Of a stretch of DNA of 64,000 bases, positions 9,242-17,777 are shown piece by piece. The position numbers and the translations under genes were made by a program. The stretch comes from Deltaproteobacteria bacterium (GTDB lineage Bacteria; Bdellovibrionota; FAC87; UBA2466): contig OMIX01000089.1 of assembly GCA_900299195.1 (NCBI GenBank), positions 2,892 to 66,891 on the forward strand, written 5' to 3'. How positions within the stretch are numbered: the first letter of the stretch is position 1; each line of letters opens with the position of its first letter. Under the pieces are notes generated by a model, which saw only the letters and a program-made list of their open reading frames with translations, did not search any database and had not been told where the DNA came from.

Positions 9242-10996
9242 TTCCTGAATTTGCTCAAAAAACTTTTCGTCCCACAAGTAATTAGGATCGTAGGGATAAC
9301 TTACCATGGACATTATTCGACGATAATAATCTTCTTCTTCTCGTGTTCCTCTGATTTGAGCTTTTATCGGCTGACTATCTTGAGGAAGACTTTCTAAAAT
9401 ATCTTCTAACCCATCATAAATTTTGGGCACTTTGAAAAGTTGCGGAGACCGGAAAAGTGGAAAGAAAGATACTTCCGAAGAGATAGCGCTTTCAATCACG
9501 GCTGAGGAATCATTACAAATACCGACATAGGCATAACCATCTGAGGGATAATCCTTAGCATAAAGCTGGGCCTCTTTGCGAATTCGTCTTAAGTAAAGTT
9601 CAGCGTATCGAGTTGCCTTTTTGATGATGGCTCTATTTTGAGGAGAATTATCAAAAATCTGAAACCGATGGGCTAGGCCGGTCCATTGAGGCCTTTCCTC
9701 GTCAAATTTCGGGAAAAACCCTACCCCGCTAATACCCAAGAAAAAATTCACCCGAGCATTAACGACAGGTCCCGTCACTTGCCAAACAAATTGGGAATGA
9801 GGGGCGGGTAAAAGCAATTCATCACCTGACATCGATTGGATTTGAGTTTTAAACCAAACGGGCCATCGAATATATTTTTCCCCTCTTGCGTAAGATAGAA
9901 AATTCGCAAAGGTTCTCTCATCTCGTAATTCAATGTGATGCCCCGTAGCCCACAAGAGTTCCAAAAACTCGTTCAACTGGGTCACTTTCATTCGTTCGTT
10001 GCCTTCAAAAGGAAAAGATAGCTCATACCCTTTTTGCTCAGCTAGAGCGGTCATAACTGAACTTAAAGCTAAATTTTGAGCCATCATCTTTAAAGGGACC
10101 GATTCTGAGACAAAATGGCCGTAACCGATATTGGGTAATTTGGGATCAACAGCCTGCAATTTTGGATAAGAAGTAAACTCATTACTTGCAATGACATCTT
10201 CCCACTGAGCAGGTAAGAGACTGTTTTCAGAACCTGCTTTCTTCTTTCCGATAAACTTAGATAAATAGGGTCTTAGGAGATTCAATTGATTGACCGAAGG
10301 TAATGTTGGAAATCGGGCTAGAGCTTTTCCATCTTTTTTTGAGAGAACTTGGGTGACTTGACTCACCAGCTTTTGCATTTCCTCTCCAGGAACTGTGTTC
10401 AGCTTCAAAAACTGTGTGAGTTTTTCTGAAAAAACTCTAAGTTCCTCAGGCTGGAGCCCTCGAATAAACTCAGCAAGAGATAATTCAGGACGACCACACC
10501 CCGCTACGCACTCCACGTTCCATAAATCATGGCTCTTAGGAACCACTAAAAGGTAGTTACCGCTCTTTTCAAGTTCGACATGATAAATGAGCTGCTTTTT
10601 AGAGGAACTGGCTCCAGGAGATACCTCTTTAAAAAACCTCTCTTTGTGGTCCGATTCTTTTTTGATTAAAATGTGAGACGTTTTGCTTTCATCGATAAAA
10701 TCTTTGGAAGGCACCACCTTGATTTTTAGTCGGGTATTGCCGAACGAATGATATCGATAGGAGACTTGGATATCTTCAGGAAAATTCTTTTGATTGAGAA
10801 CTAAATTAAAATCTAGAGGGAATTGAAGCTTTGGTTCACCTCTATCTAAGCTATCGGCCCACAGAAGGGAACCACTCAAAACGAAAGTGAATGCGAAAAT
10901 AAAAAGACGATACGCCTTAGGTATCCCAAGCCTCAAAAACACGACTGACCTCCTGAAAAGCAAACGCAAATTAAGGCATTTGCTGCATCGGGTCAA
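9227..10996 (-). CDS. hypothetical exported/membrane-anchored protein (589 aa); downstream partner of the Cys/Arg-rich peptide gene
   Basis: N-terminal hydrophobic anchor; no recognisable catalytic motif; 13-nt gap to the upstream small gene. Confidence 0.5.
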   Translation of the reverse strand: MTRCSKCLNLRLLFRRSVVFLRLGIPKAYRLFIFAFTFVLSGSLLWADSLDRGEPKLQFPLDFNLVLNQKNFPEDIQVSYRYHSFGNTRLKIKVVPSKDFIDESKTSHILIKKESDHKERFFKEVSPGASSSKKQLIYHVELEKSGNYLLVVPKSHDLWNVECVAGCGRPELSLAEFIRGLQPEELRVFSEKLTQFLKLNTVPGEEMQKLVSQVTQVLSKKDGKALARFPTLPSVNQLNLLRPYLSKFIGKKKAGSENSLLPAQWEDVIASNEFTSYPKLQAVDPKLPNIGYGHFVSESVPLKMMAQNLALSSVMTALAEQKGYELSFPFEGNERMKVTQLNEFLELLWATGHHIELRDERTFANFLSYARGEKYIRWPVWFKTQIQSMSGDELLLPAPHSQFVWQVTGPVVNARVNFFLGISGVGFFPKFDEERPQWTGLAHRFQIFDNSPQNRAIIKKATRYAELYLRRIRKEAQLYAKDYPSDGYAYVGICNDSSAVIESAISSEVSFFPLFRSPQLFKVPKIYDGLEDILESLPQDSQPIKAQIRGTREEEDYYRRIMSMVSYPYDPNYLWDEKFFEQIQELAIP

Positions 10997-11009
10997 TACA
11001 CTATTTTAG

Positions 11010-11246
11010 CTAGCAGATACGACGACAGCGGGTTCGGCATCGAACTCTAGCTACCGAGTAACATCGCACCCGTTTCACGCATCTAGAAACCGGCCGAACG
11101 CACCTTCGAGCACAAGGTCTAGCCCTAACAACGGGCGCACAGCCATGGCTTCCACATCTAGCTTCTGCCGGTGTAGGCGCTAATGTAGCTAAAGTTACTC
11201 CGACTAAAAACAACCCTTTAATCGTATTTTTACCAATACTTAACAC
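11010..11246 (-). CDS. secreted cysteine- and arginine-rich cationic peptide precursor (78 aa, GTG start)
   Basis: Signal peptide ending 'PAEA'; mature 49 aa with 10 Cys and about 14 Arg; strong SD 'AGAGGGG' 7 nt upstream of GTG; locally GC-rich. Confidence 0.45.
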   Translation of the reverse strand: MLSIGKNTIKGLFLVGVTLATLAPTPAEARCGSHGCAPVVRARPCARRCVRPVSRCVKRVRCYSVARVRCRTRCRRIC

Positions 11247-11519
11247 AGTTTTACCCCTCTATTAATTCCAACTCCTAGGTGAGAACTGATTGAAAGTTCT
11301 CACTAGGTTCCGTCTGGGCTAAGAGCAATGAATGTACCAAACTAAAAATAGGTTATCTTCGAAGGTTACAATTGTCCTATAGGTGGGCAAACGAAAACTT
11401 GTTAAACAATTTCATTAAAAGCGACAAAATTTGTTACTTTGTGGAACCCAATGGGACCGGACCGTAGCGTTCAGATTTGGATTACCTAGCTACTTCGAAA
11501 AGTGCTTTCCTTCCGCTGA

Positions 11520-12356
11520 TTAGGTTTCAATTTCGATTTCAAGCGCACATTTCAAAATAAAATCAATTTCGGATTCATCCAACGAAAGCAAGACTGAAGC
11601 AAGATCTTCTTCCATGTGTTTAGGCTGGGTAGTTCCAGTCAGAGGCAACATTCCTACTTGTCGAGCAAAAGCAAAAATAATTTGTGCGGGAGTAGCTCCT
11701 CGTTTTTTTGCCATGTCTATCACTTGAGGAAATTGCATCACAAACGGATTGGCTGTGAGAAGAGAAAAACCCTGGTAAGTTATCCTGTGGGCTGCACATA
11801 TTTTTCTCACATGAAAATCCCATCCGGTTTGAGCAAAACATCGATTTTGAACCACTTGAGGTTTGATCCGTGACTTTTCTACCAACTCTGTCAATTGGAG
11901 ATGATTAACATTACTTACTCCAATTTGTTTTGCTTTTCCTTTGTCGTAAACTTTCTCTAAAGCTTCCCAAACTTGCCAATCTTCTTCCCCCAAGTTCGGA
12001 TGATGATAAGGGCCGTGAAGCAAATAAGAATCTAGGTACTCGACTTTTAAATGGTCTAGAGACTTTTCAATCGATTGCTCGACTTGAGTTTTGATTGGCG
12101 CTGTTGGATCGTAAGGAACGCGATGATCTTGCCCCCCGATTGGAGTAAATTTCGTTTGAATAAAAATACTTTCTCTACGATGCCCCTCTTTAAAATAATG
12201 TGCTAAGGCTTCTCCCACTAGAGGTTCGGTGTAGTGCTTAGACTGATTGGCAGTGTCTATTGCGACGAACCCTTTTTTAAGCGCTAATGCTACCAAGTCT
12301 TGGGTTCGTTCCTTTTTCCATGCTGTTCCGTACATTAAAGAAAATTTCACAAACAT
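11520..12356 (-). CDS. aldo/keto reductase family oxidoreductase
   Basis: AKR fold with 'GFVAIDTAN', catalytic Tyr/Lys/His context, 278 aa. Confidence 0.8.
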   Translation of the reverse strand: MFVKFSLMYGTAWKKERTQDLVALALKKGFVAIDTANQSKHYTEPLVGEALAHYFKEGHRRESIFIQTKFTPIGGQDHRVPYDPTAPIKTQVEQSIEKSLDHLKVEYLDSYLLHGPYHHPNLGEEDWQVWEALEKVYDKGKAKQIGVSNVNHLQLTELVEKSRIKPQVVQNRCFAQTGWDFHVRKICAAHRITYQGFSLLTANPFVMQFPQVIDMAKKRGATPAQIIFAFARQVGMLPLTGTTQPKHMEEDLASVLLSLDESEIDFILKCALEIEIET

Positions 12357-13597
12357 TGTCCTTTCAATTCATGCCATTCTTTTTGAAGTCGATCTCTGTC
12401 TTCTGGATGAGCCAAAGAAATCATCGCTTTGACCCGTTGAGAAATATTTTTTCCAAAAAGGTTTACAGCTCCAAATTCAGTCACAACATGGTGAACGTGG
12501 GCACGAGTCGTCACTACCCCGGCACCTCGTTTTAAAGAAGATACAATTCGGGATTGCCCCGATTTCGCTCGAGAAGTAAGTGCAATAATAGCCTTGCCAC
12601 CTTCGGACAAAGATGCCCCTCGGACGAAATCCATTTGCCCCCCGACTCCAGAAATGATTTTGGGGCCTATCGAATCGGCACACACTTGACCGGTAAGATC
12701 AATCTCAACGGCACTATTCACTGCGACCATTTTAGGGTTTTTCAAAATCACACTCGGGTTGTTAACATAACTGGATTCCACTTGAATCACTGAAGGATTG
12801 TCATGAACAAACTGATACAGTCGGCGGGTTCCCATCATGAAAGATGAAACCGTTTTTCCAGGATGCTTCCTCTTTTTTGAATTATCGACTGCTCCGCATT
12901 CGATTAAATCTAAAACTCCATCTGACCACATCTCGGTATGAATGCCTAAGTGTTTGTGGTTTTTTAGAAAACTTGCAACCGCATCCGGAATCGCACCAAT
13001 TCCAAACTGAAGAGTCGAACCATCCTCAATGAGATCCGCGACATTTTTTCCGATTAATGTTTCGTTTTCTTTCAACTGTACTCGTGGGAACTCAGGCAAT
13101 TTTTCATCCACTTCGATGGTCGCATGAAATCGACTTTGGTGAATGAATCCATCCCCATGAACCCTGGGCATCTGGGGGTTGATTTGAGCAATCATACAAC
13201 GAGCGGTCTCAACCGCAGATTTAGCCACATCGACACTCACCCCAAGTGAACACCACCCCTTGCTATCAGGGGGTGAGACATGAATCAGTGCCACATCGAT
13301 CGGCAGTATCCCCGTTCGAAACAGGCTGGGTATTTCTGATAAAAAACAAGGAAGGTAATCGAACCGTTCACAATCCTGCTTTTTTCTTAAGTTAGAGCCC
13401 AAAAAGAGACTATTCACTCTAGTGTTATCTTTAAAGGAATCTTCCGCGTAGGAAAGAGCCCCTTCCGTGTGGAGATGAATAAATTCTAAGTTTTTGTGAC
13501 TACTCCAAACTGGATGAAGTCGCTTTAGTAGCGCTTGAGGAGTCGCTGCCCCCCCGTGAACAAAAATGCGTTGGTTAGAATGAAACAAAGATTCCAT
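12347..13597 (-). CDS. acetyl-CoA hydrolase/transferase family protein (4-hydroxybutyrate CoA-transferase-like)
   Basis: Two-domain CoA-transferase architecture, 416 aa, conserved 'GGQ' and 'SEGG' C-terminal motifs. Confidence 0.75.
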   Translation of the reverse strand: MESLFHSNQRIFVHGGAATPQALLKRLHPVWSSHKNLEFIHLHTEGALSYAEDSFKDNTRVNSLFLGSNLRKKQDCERFDYLPCFLSEIPSLFRTGILPIDVALIHVSPPDSKGWCSLGVSVDVAKSAVETARCMIAQINPQMPRVHGDGFIHQSRFHATIEVDEKLPEFPRVQLKENETLIGKNVADLIEDGSTLQFGIGAIPDAVASFLKNHKHLGIHTEMWSDGVLDLIECGAVDNSKKRKHPGKTVSSFMMGTRRLYQFVHDNPSVIQVESSYVNNPSVILKNPKMVAVNSAVEIDLTGQVCADSIGPKIISGVGGQMDFVRGASLSEGGKAIIALTSRAKSGQSRIVSSLKRGAGVVTTRAHVHHVVTEFGAVNLFGKNISQRVKAMISLAHPEDRDRLQKEWHELKGQCL

Positions 13598-13650
13598 GCA
13601 AACAATATATCGAACGGGGTCTTAACTGGAAAGTTAAGACCCCAAACTTT

Positions 13651-14988
13651 TTACTGTTTCTGAATGGGTGGACCCGATTTCTCTGGAACATCCTTCAATT
13701 CAAAACTGTCGGTCTGAGGAATTTCCTCCGACTTCTGCTGTTTCAGTTGAGATTTCGAAGGTACCTGAGTTTCAGGAATGACTTTCTCCGATGCCTTCAC
13801 CGAAGTGATTGGAGCCGCAGGGGCACTTCCCCATCCCAATGCTAACGAGGCCAAATATCTTCGGCTCTCTCTTCGATTGCCTTCACTAGTCTCCTCACCG
13901 TAAGTCGCTAAATCTAGCCTTAAAGCATAGAGATTGATTCCAAGTCCGGCCGAGAGATATCCCTGATTAAGACCAGCTCTCACTGAGAATCTCCCCATGG
14001 GAACCTCGACCCCCAAGTGAAGTTTCTTAACAAAATCTCCGGTTCTAGCCCCAAAGTCTGCCCGGTTTTCTCCCCCTAAAGAAATATCAGAAATGTCGGC
14101 TAGCACATGGAAGTTATCAATGAAGGAAAATCCTTCAAAAGCGGTATACCAACCCAAGTTAACCGTTCGAACAAGACCTGGAGCCCCGGCGTTTTGTTTA
14201 GCAATCGCAAACTGAGTTGCTAACAAATTACTCAAAACAATCGAAGCTCGACTTAACACCCCAAAAGGAAGTTGTTTTATCTCGTAAGTCGCTCCTAAAT
14301 CAAGATCGACTCCCATCCCACTTCCCCCGATTTTAGCCGGATCAAAATCGATGGCAGAACTATTGTTATATTCGGCAAGAGTAAAGGGTTTTCTGCCAGC
14401 CCCTCGCAACAAACCTTTCAGATTTGCGCCTAGATGTAAGTTGGAATCGAAAAATGATTGGGCATATCCAATGAGCAGTCCCGAATCGCTGATGAAAGAC
14501 ATCTCGGCCACTTCAGTATTCACATCAGCCAAACTAGCGATGTCTGAACTGGATTTCAGAATATTAAAATTGAGTTTGGTATCGGCTAATAAAAGTCCCA
14601 CCGCAAGATTTTTGGTTAGAAAATAGGGTAAAAGCCCCACACTTCCAAACATAGGTTTTTCTTTATGTTTGTCTAATCGATTGATGGCCTGATTAATGTT
14701 GAGATCTCCCAGATCTTTGAAATCATTAAAACCAGAAATGGCATTGGAAGACACATTCCCATTCACTCTCAACATCACTTCAGTGCCACTGCGTCTTAAA
14801 CTTAAACCAGCCGGATTCGAAAAGAGTGCGTATTCATCCTCTGAAATTCCATAGAAGGCTCCGCCCATTCCCATGGACCTTGGGCTGCGTGAAAGACTGT
14901 AAAATTCTTTCACTGCAAATAAGGGGTAAGAAAAAAAAGTTAAACCTAATAGGATAACAAAAAGGTGTTTCATGGAGATCTCTCTCAA
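13651..14988 (-). CDS. FadL/OmpP1/TodX-family outer-membrane transport protein with disordered C-terminal tail (paralog of 37702..39144)
   Basis: Signal peptide; N-terminal hatch motif 'RSMGMGGAFYGISEDEYALFSNPAG' resembling FadL '[26 protein letters not shown]'; Pro/Glu/Lys/Ser-rich C-terminus lacking a terminal aromatic residue. Confidence 0.55.
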   Translation of the reverse strand: MREISMKHLFVILLGLTFFSYPLFAVKEFYSLSRSPRSMGMGGAFYGISEDEYALFSNPAGLSLRRSGTEVMLRVNGNVSSNAISGFNDFKDLGDLNINQAINRLDKHKEKPMFGSVGLLPYFLTKNLAVGLLLADTKLNFNILKSSSDIASLADVNTEVAEMSFISDSGLLIGYAQSFFDSNLHLGANLKGLLRGAGRKPFTLAEYNNSSAIDFDPAKIGGSGMGVDLDLGATYEIKQLPFGVLSRASIVLSNLLATQFAIAKQNAGAPGLVRTVNLGWYTAFEGFSFIDNFHVLADISDISLGGENRADFGARTGDFVKKLHLGVEVPMGRFSVRAGLNQGYLSAGLGINLYALRLDLATYGEETSEGNRRESRRYLASLALGWGSAPAAPITSVKASEKVIPETQVPSKSQLKQQKSEEIPQTDSFELKDVPEKSGPPIQKQ

Positions 14989-15087
14989 AGTGTCTCTGGG
15001 TTAGTGTAAAAGGCATATTATGCCACAGACTAAACCCAAAGAAAAAAACAATACTGAAAAGTTACCACCTTAATACGTTAAGCTCTT

Positions 15088-16038
15088 TTAAAAATCTTTG
15101 GATAACTCGAGGCTATGAGAAAAAGCGATGTCAGACCACTTGAAGATCTCTGGACGATTGGATCGATGAGTCAGAAAAAGCAAACCGGTTTTTTGGTTTG
15201 GATTTTCATGAAATAGGGCACAGATTTCTTTTCCCGTTTTATCTTTGATGATTTGAACATTTTCTGGCAATTGTCCGGTTTGGAAGTATTGATTCAAAAT
15301 TTGGTTTCTCTTTAAAGTGTAACCTTCAGGGGGATTCCATGCGCTTCCGATTAAACGAGTAAAAGCATCGACGGAATCGGGTCGATACTCTTCAGGTAAC
15401 TCTTTCCGAGCAAAGGAGTAAAGCGCTTGAATCTCCTCCATGATAGCTTTTGAGGCCTCAGTGGAAGGCTCCATCCCGATCGCTCTTTTGTAGAGCATCA
15501 CCACACCGAAATGCTGCTGACTATCCGTGACCATTCTGCGATATCCGCCAGCTTTTAGCATCTCGATCATTTGATTTTTTACATGGAGAAAAACTTCAAT
15601 TGGAAGTCCTTTTCTAAGTTGATCGGCATTCAATTTATTGGGGGCCTGGGGCGCTAAGGGGTTTTCTAAGACTAGTCCATCGACCGAAATAGATTCAGGT
15701 TTGGTTTCATCGGGAATTAAAGTAACGTGAACGTAAACTCGTCCCGCAACTTCCCCATTAATTCGTAATCGACCTGTGGGTAAATATTCCAGCCTCAGAG
15801 AAAAAGGGCCTTTCTTACTTTCCACTTCCTTCACGAACGCTTCTGGGAACAACTGAGCCGTCGAAAGTTTTAGATTTCTTTCCTTAAATTGCCAAGGTTC
15901 AAAAGCATTGGGCTTAGAATCAGAAGAGCTAAGCGCAACTTTAGAAAAAATATAGTCACAGTCAGCATAGGAAGGCTCTCCCCCCACCCATGCAATCCCT
16001 AAAAGAAAAATCAAATGGTAAAGCTTCGCCTTTTGCAC
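15088..16038 (-). CDS. hypothetical secreted protein (316 aa)
   Basis: Signal peptide; no recognisable motif. Confidence 0.45.
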   Translation of the reverse strand: MQKAKLYHLIFLLGIAWVGGEPSYADCDYIFSKVALSSSDSKPNAFEPWQFKERNLKLSTAQLFPEAFVKEVESKKGPFSLRLEYLPTGRLRINGEVAGRVYVHVTLIPDETKPESISVDGLVLENPLAPQAPNKLNADQLRKGLPIEVFLHVKNQMIEMLKAGGYRRMVTDSQQHFGVVMLYKRAIGMEPSTEASKAIMEEIQALYSFARKELPEEYRPDSVDAFTRLIGSAWNPPEGYTLKRNQILNQYFQTGQLPENVQIIKDKTGKEICALFHENPNQKTGLLFLTHRSNRPEIFKWSDIAFSHSLELSKDF

Positions 16039-16183
16039 CCGGACAACCCTTTCTAAAGCTCAGTAGCTTTAAGAAGTCTCGAGCGGAATGCAAAATTCGA
16101 TACCAAGTCACATAGGCACTTAAAGGTAAGGCAACCATGACTGTGGTTTCCACAGTCTGACAAAAAAGGTCAGCAGAAATAAA

Positions 16184-16804
16184 TCATTGGAAAGCTAAGG
16201 GCTCATAGTGGACTGATTTTTTAGGGAAAGGCCTATCTTTCAGTTTTTTAGCCGGAACCCCACCCCAAACCTCAAATGGACCCACATCTTTAGTCACTAC
16301 ACTCCCAGCAGCAATGACGGCACCAGACCCGATCGTTACGCCTGGCAAAATCACACAACGGGCACCAATCCAAACGTCAGAACCGATACTGACAGGGGCA
16401 GATGAAAAACCTTGCTGATACATGGGAATATCTGAGCGTTCAAAAGAATGGTTAGCCGTTGTGATATAGGAATAAGCTCCAATCATCACGAAATCACCCA
16501 TTGATAAAGAATCATAAACTCCTAAATGGGTATTTCTTCCGATAAAAAAATTCTTTCCTATCTTTAATTTCGGTTTTGCGTCAACTTCGGATGCAATCCA
16601 AATATTAACTTGTTTTTCAATTCTTCCTGGGCCTTCAATCGAAATATAAGGATAGGGAGATTTTTTGCCAATAAACTCTATGTCTCTCTCAGCGTTAATT
16701 TTAGCTAAGTCGAGTTGTTTGAACCAACGTTTGCGATCGTAATAATAGTTCCACTTGTGAAAACCAGCTCGTAATAGGTCTAAAGGATTAAAATAGGCTA
16801 ACAT
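16184..16804 (-). CDS. hexapeptide-repeat acyl/acetyltransferase (LbH family, maltose/galactoside O-acetyltransferase-like)
   Basis: Repeated [LIV]-G-x-x-x-x hexapeptides ('IGSDVWIGARCVILPGVTIGSGAVIAAGSVV'). Confidence 0.75.
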   Translation of the reverse strand: MLAYFNPLDLLRAGFHKWNYYYDRKRWFKQLDLAKINAERDIEFIGKKSPYPYISIEGPGRIEKQVNIWIASEVDAKPKLKIGKNFFIGRNTHLGVYDSLSMGDFVMIGAYSYITTANHSFERSDIPMYQQGFSSAPVSIGSDVWIGARCVILPGVTIGSGAVIAAGSVVTKDVGPFEVWGGVPAKKLKDRPFPKKSVHYEPLAFQ

Positions 16805-17039
16805 ATTTGATCAATTTTAAGTTTAGATCATAGTATCAGATGGAATCGGTATTTCCATAAAACTTCTAGAACTCGGAGAAAAAAGTGAGACGTGATGAAT
16901 AGAATCGGATTAGGCTTCGCAATGCGCCGTGCGCCCTGACTTGATATTTTTCTCAATCTAAGGGGTGTCATTTTTTTTGACAGTCAACTTTAACTTAGAC
17001 GGTCCCTAAACACGTTTTACAAATCACATATTTCTATGG

Positions 17040-17753
17040 GTGTATTCTAGGCTTAAAATCACTGGATTTTATTTTGCAGCTTCCTCTAAGTGGGGGGGCG
17101 CTGTATCTGTTCAGCGCGATTCAATCATGTATAGCCTTTCGATTCCGCTGCCATTCACACTGTTTTTTCTTTTTCAGTTTTTGTTCTATTCCAACACCCG
17201 TGGGAATGATCACGGTCCCGATTCGAAACAATCGAACCCATCTTTTAGTGCCAGCGATTTTGAATGTGTGAAATCTGAAAATGGATTTCGTCCCCGACAC
17301 AAAGAGATAAAAAAGCCCCTGGGTGCGGGAACTTTTAAAACTCTAGAAACCTGTAAACAAGCAATCAAGGTTTCAAAAAACGATATCGTTTGTGCGTCTA
17401 CCGGGCTCCCAGGAGGATTCAAACCTACTTTCAAAGCTGGGGTCACTCCATCCCGGCCAGATTGGGGATATGTCGGTGGTTCATCAATGACGCTTGAAGC
17501 CTGTCTTTTTGCCACAGAACAATCTCTGCCATCATCTATTTGTTTCTTTGGAGGAAAAGACGGCGTAACTGTCGGAGGTCCCGAAACCCCAGGTTGGTAT
17601 GCAACCCATCCCTCGGGCAATAAAAGCCGAAAAGGTGGCCCCTATGAATCTCTCCAAAAATGTGTCGAAGCGACTCATATAAAGTTCGAAGAGGACAAAA
17701 AACAGTTGAGGGGACTTTTTGAAAGTCTGCCCGATTCTGAAATCGCCCAATAG
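17040..17753 (+). CDS. hypothetical secreted Cys-containing protein (start possibly at internal Met, about 17127)
   Basis: Hydrophobic N-terminal segment; no motif; same strand as and just upstream of the diheme protein. Confidence 0.35.
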   Translation: MYSRLKITGFYFAASSKWGGAVSVQRDSIMYSLSIPLPFTLFFLFQFLFYSNTRGNDHGPDSKQSNPSFSASDFECVKSENGFRPRHKEIKKPLGAGTFKTLETCKQAIKVSKNDIVCASTGLPGGFKPTFKAGVTPSRPDWGYVGGSSMTLEACLFATEQSLPSSICFFGGKDGVTVGGPETPGWYATHPSGNKSRKGGPYESLQKCVEATHIKFEEDKKQLRGLFESLPDSEIAQ

Positions 17754-17777
17754 TTTTGCAAAAGGAGATTTACAGCT

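Noticed and set aside
11010-11246. GC-rich patch as a plus-strand ncRNA rather than a minus-strand peptide gene
   Set aside because: The minus-strand frame has a canonical signal peptide and an ideally spaced SD before GTG. I could not fold a convincing structured RNA on the plus strand. CDS confidence stays moderate.
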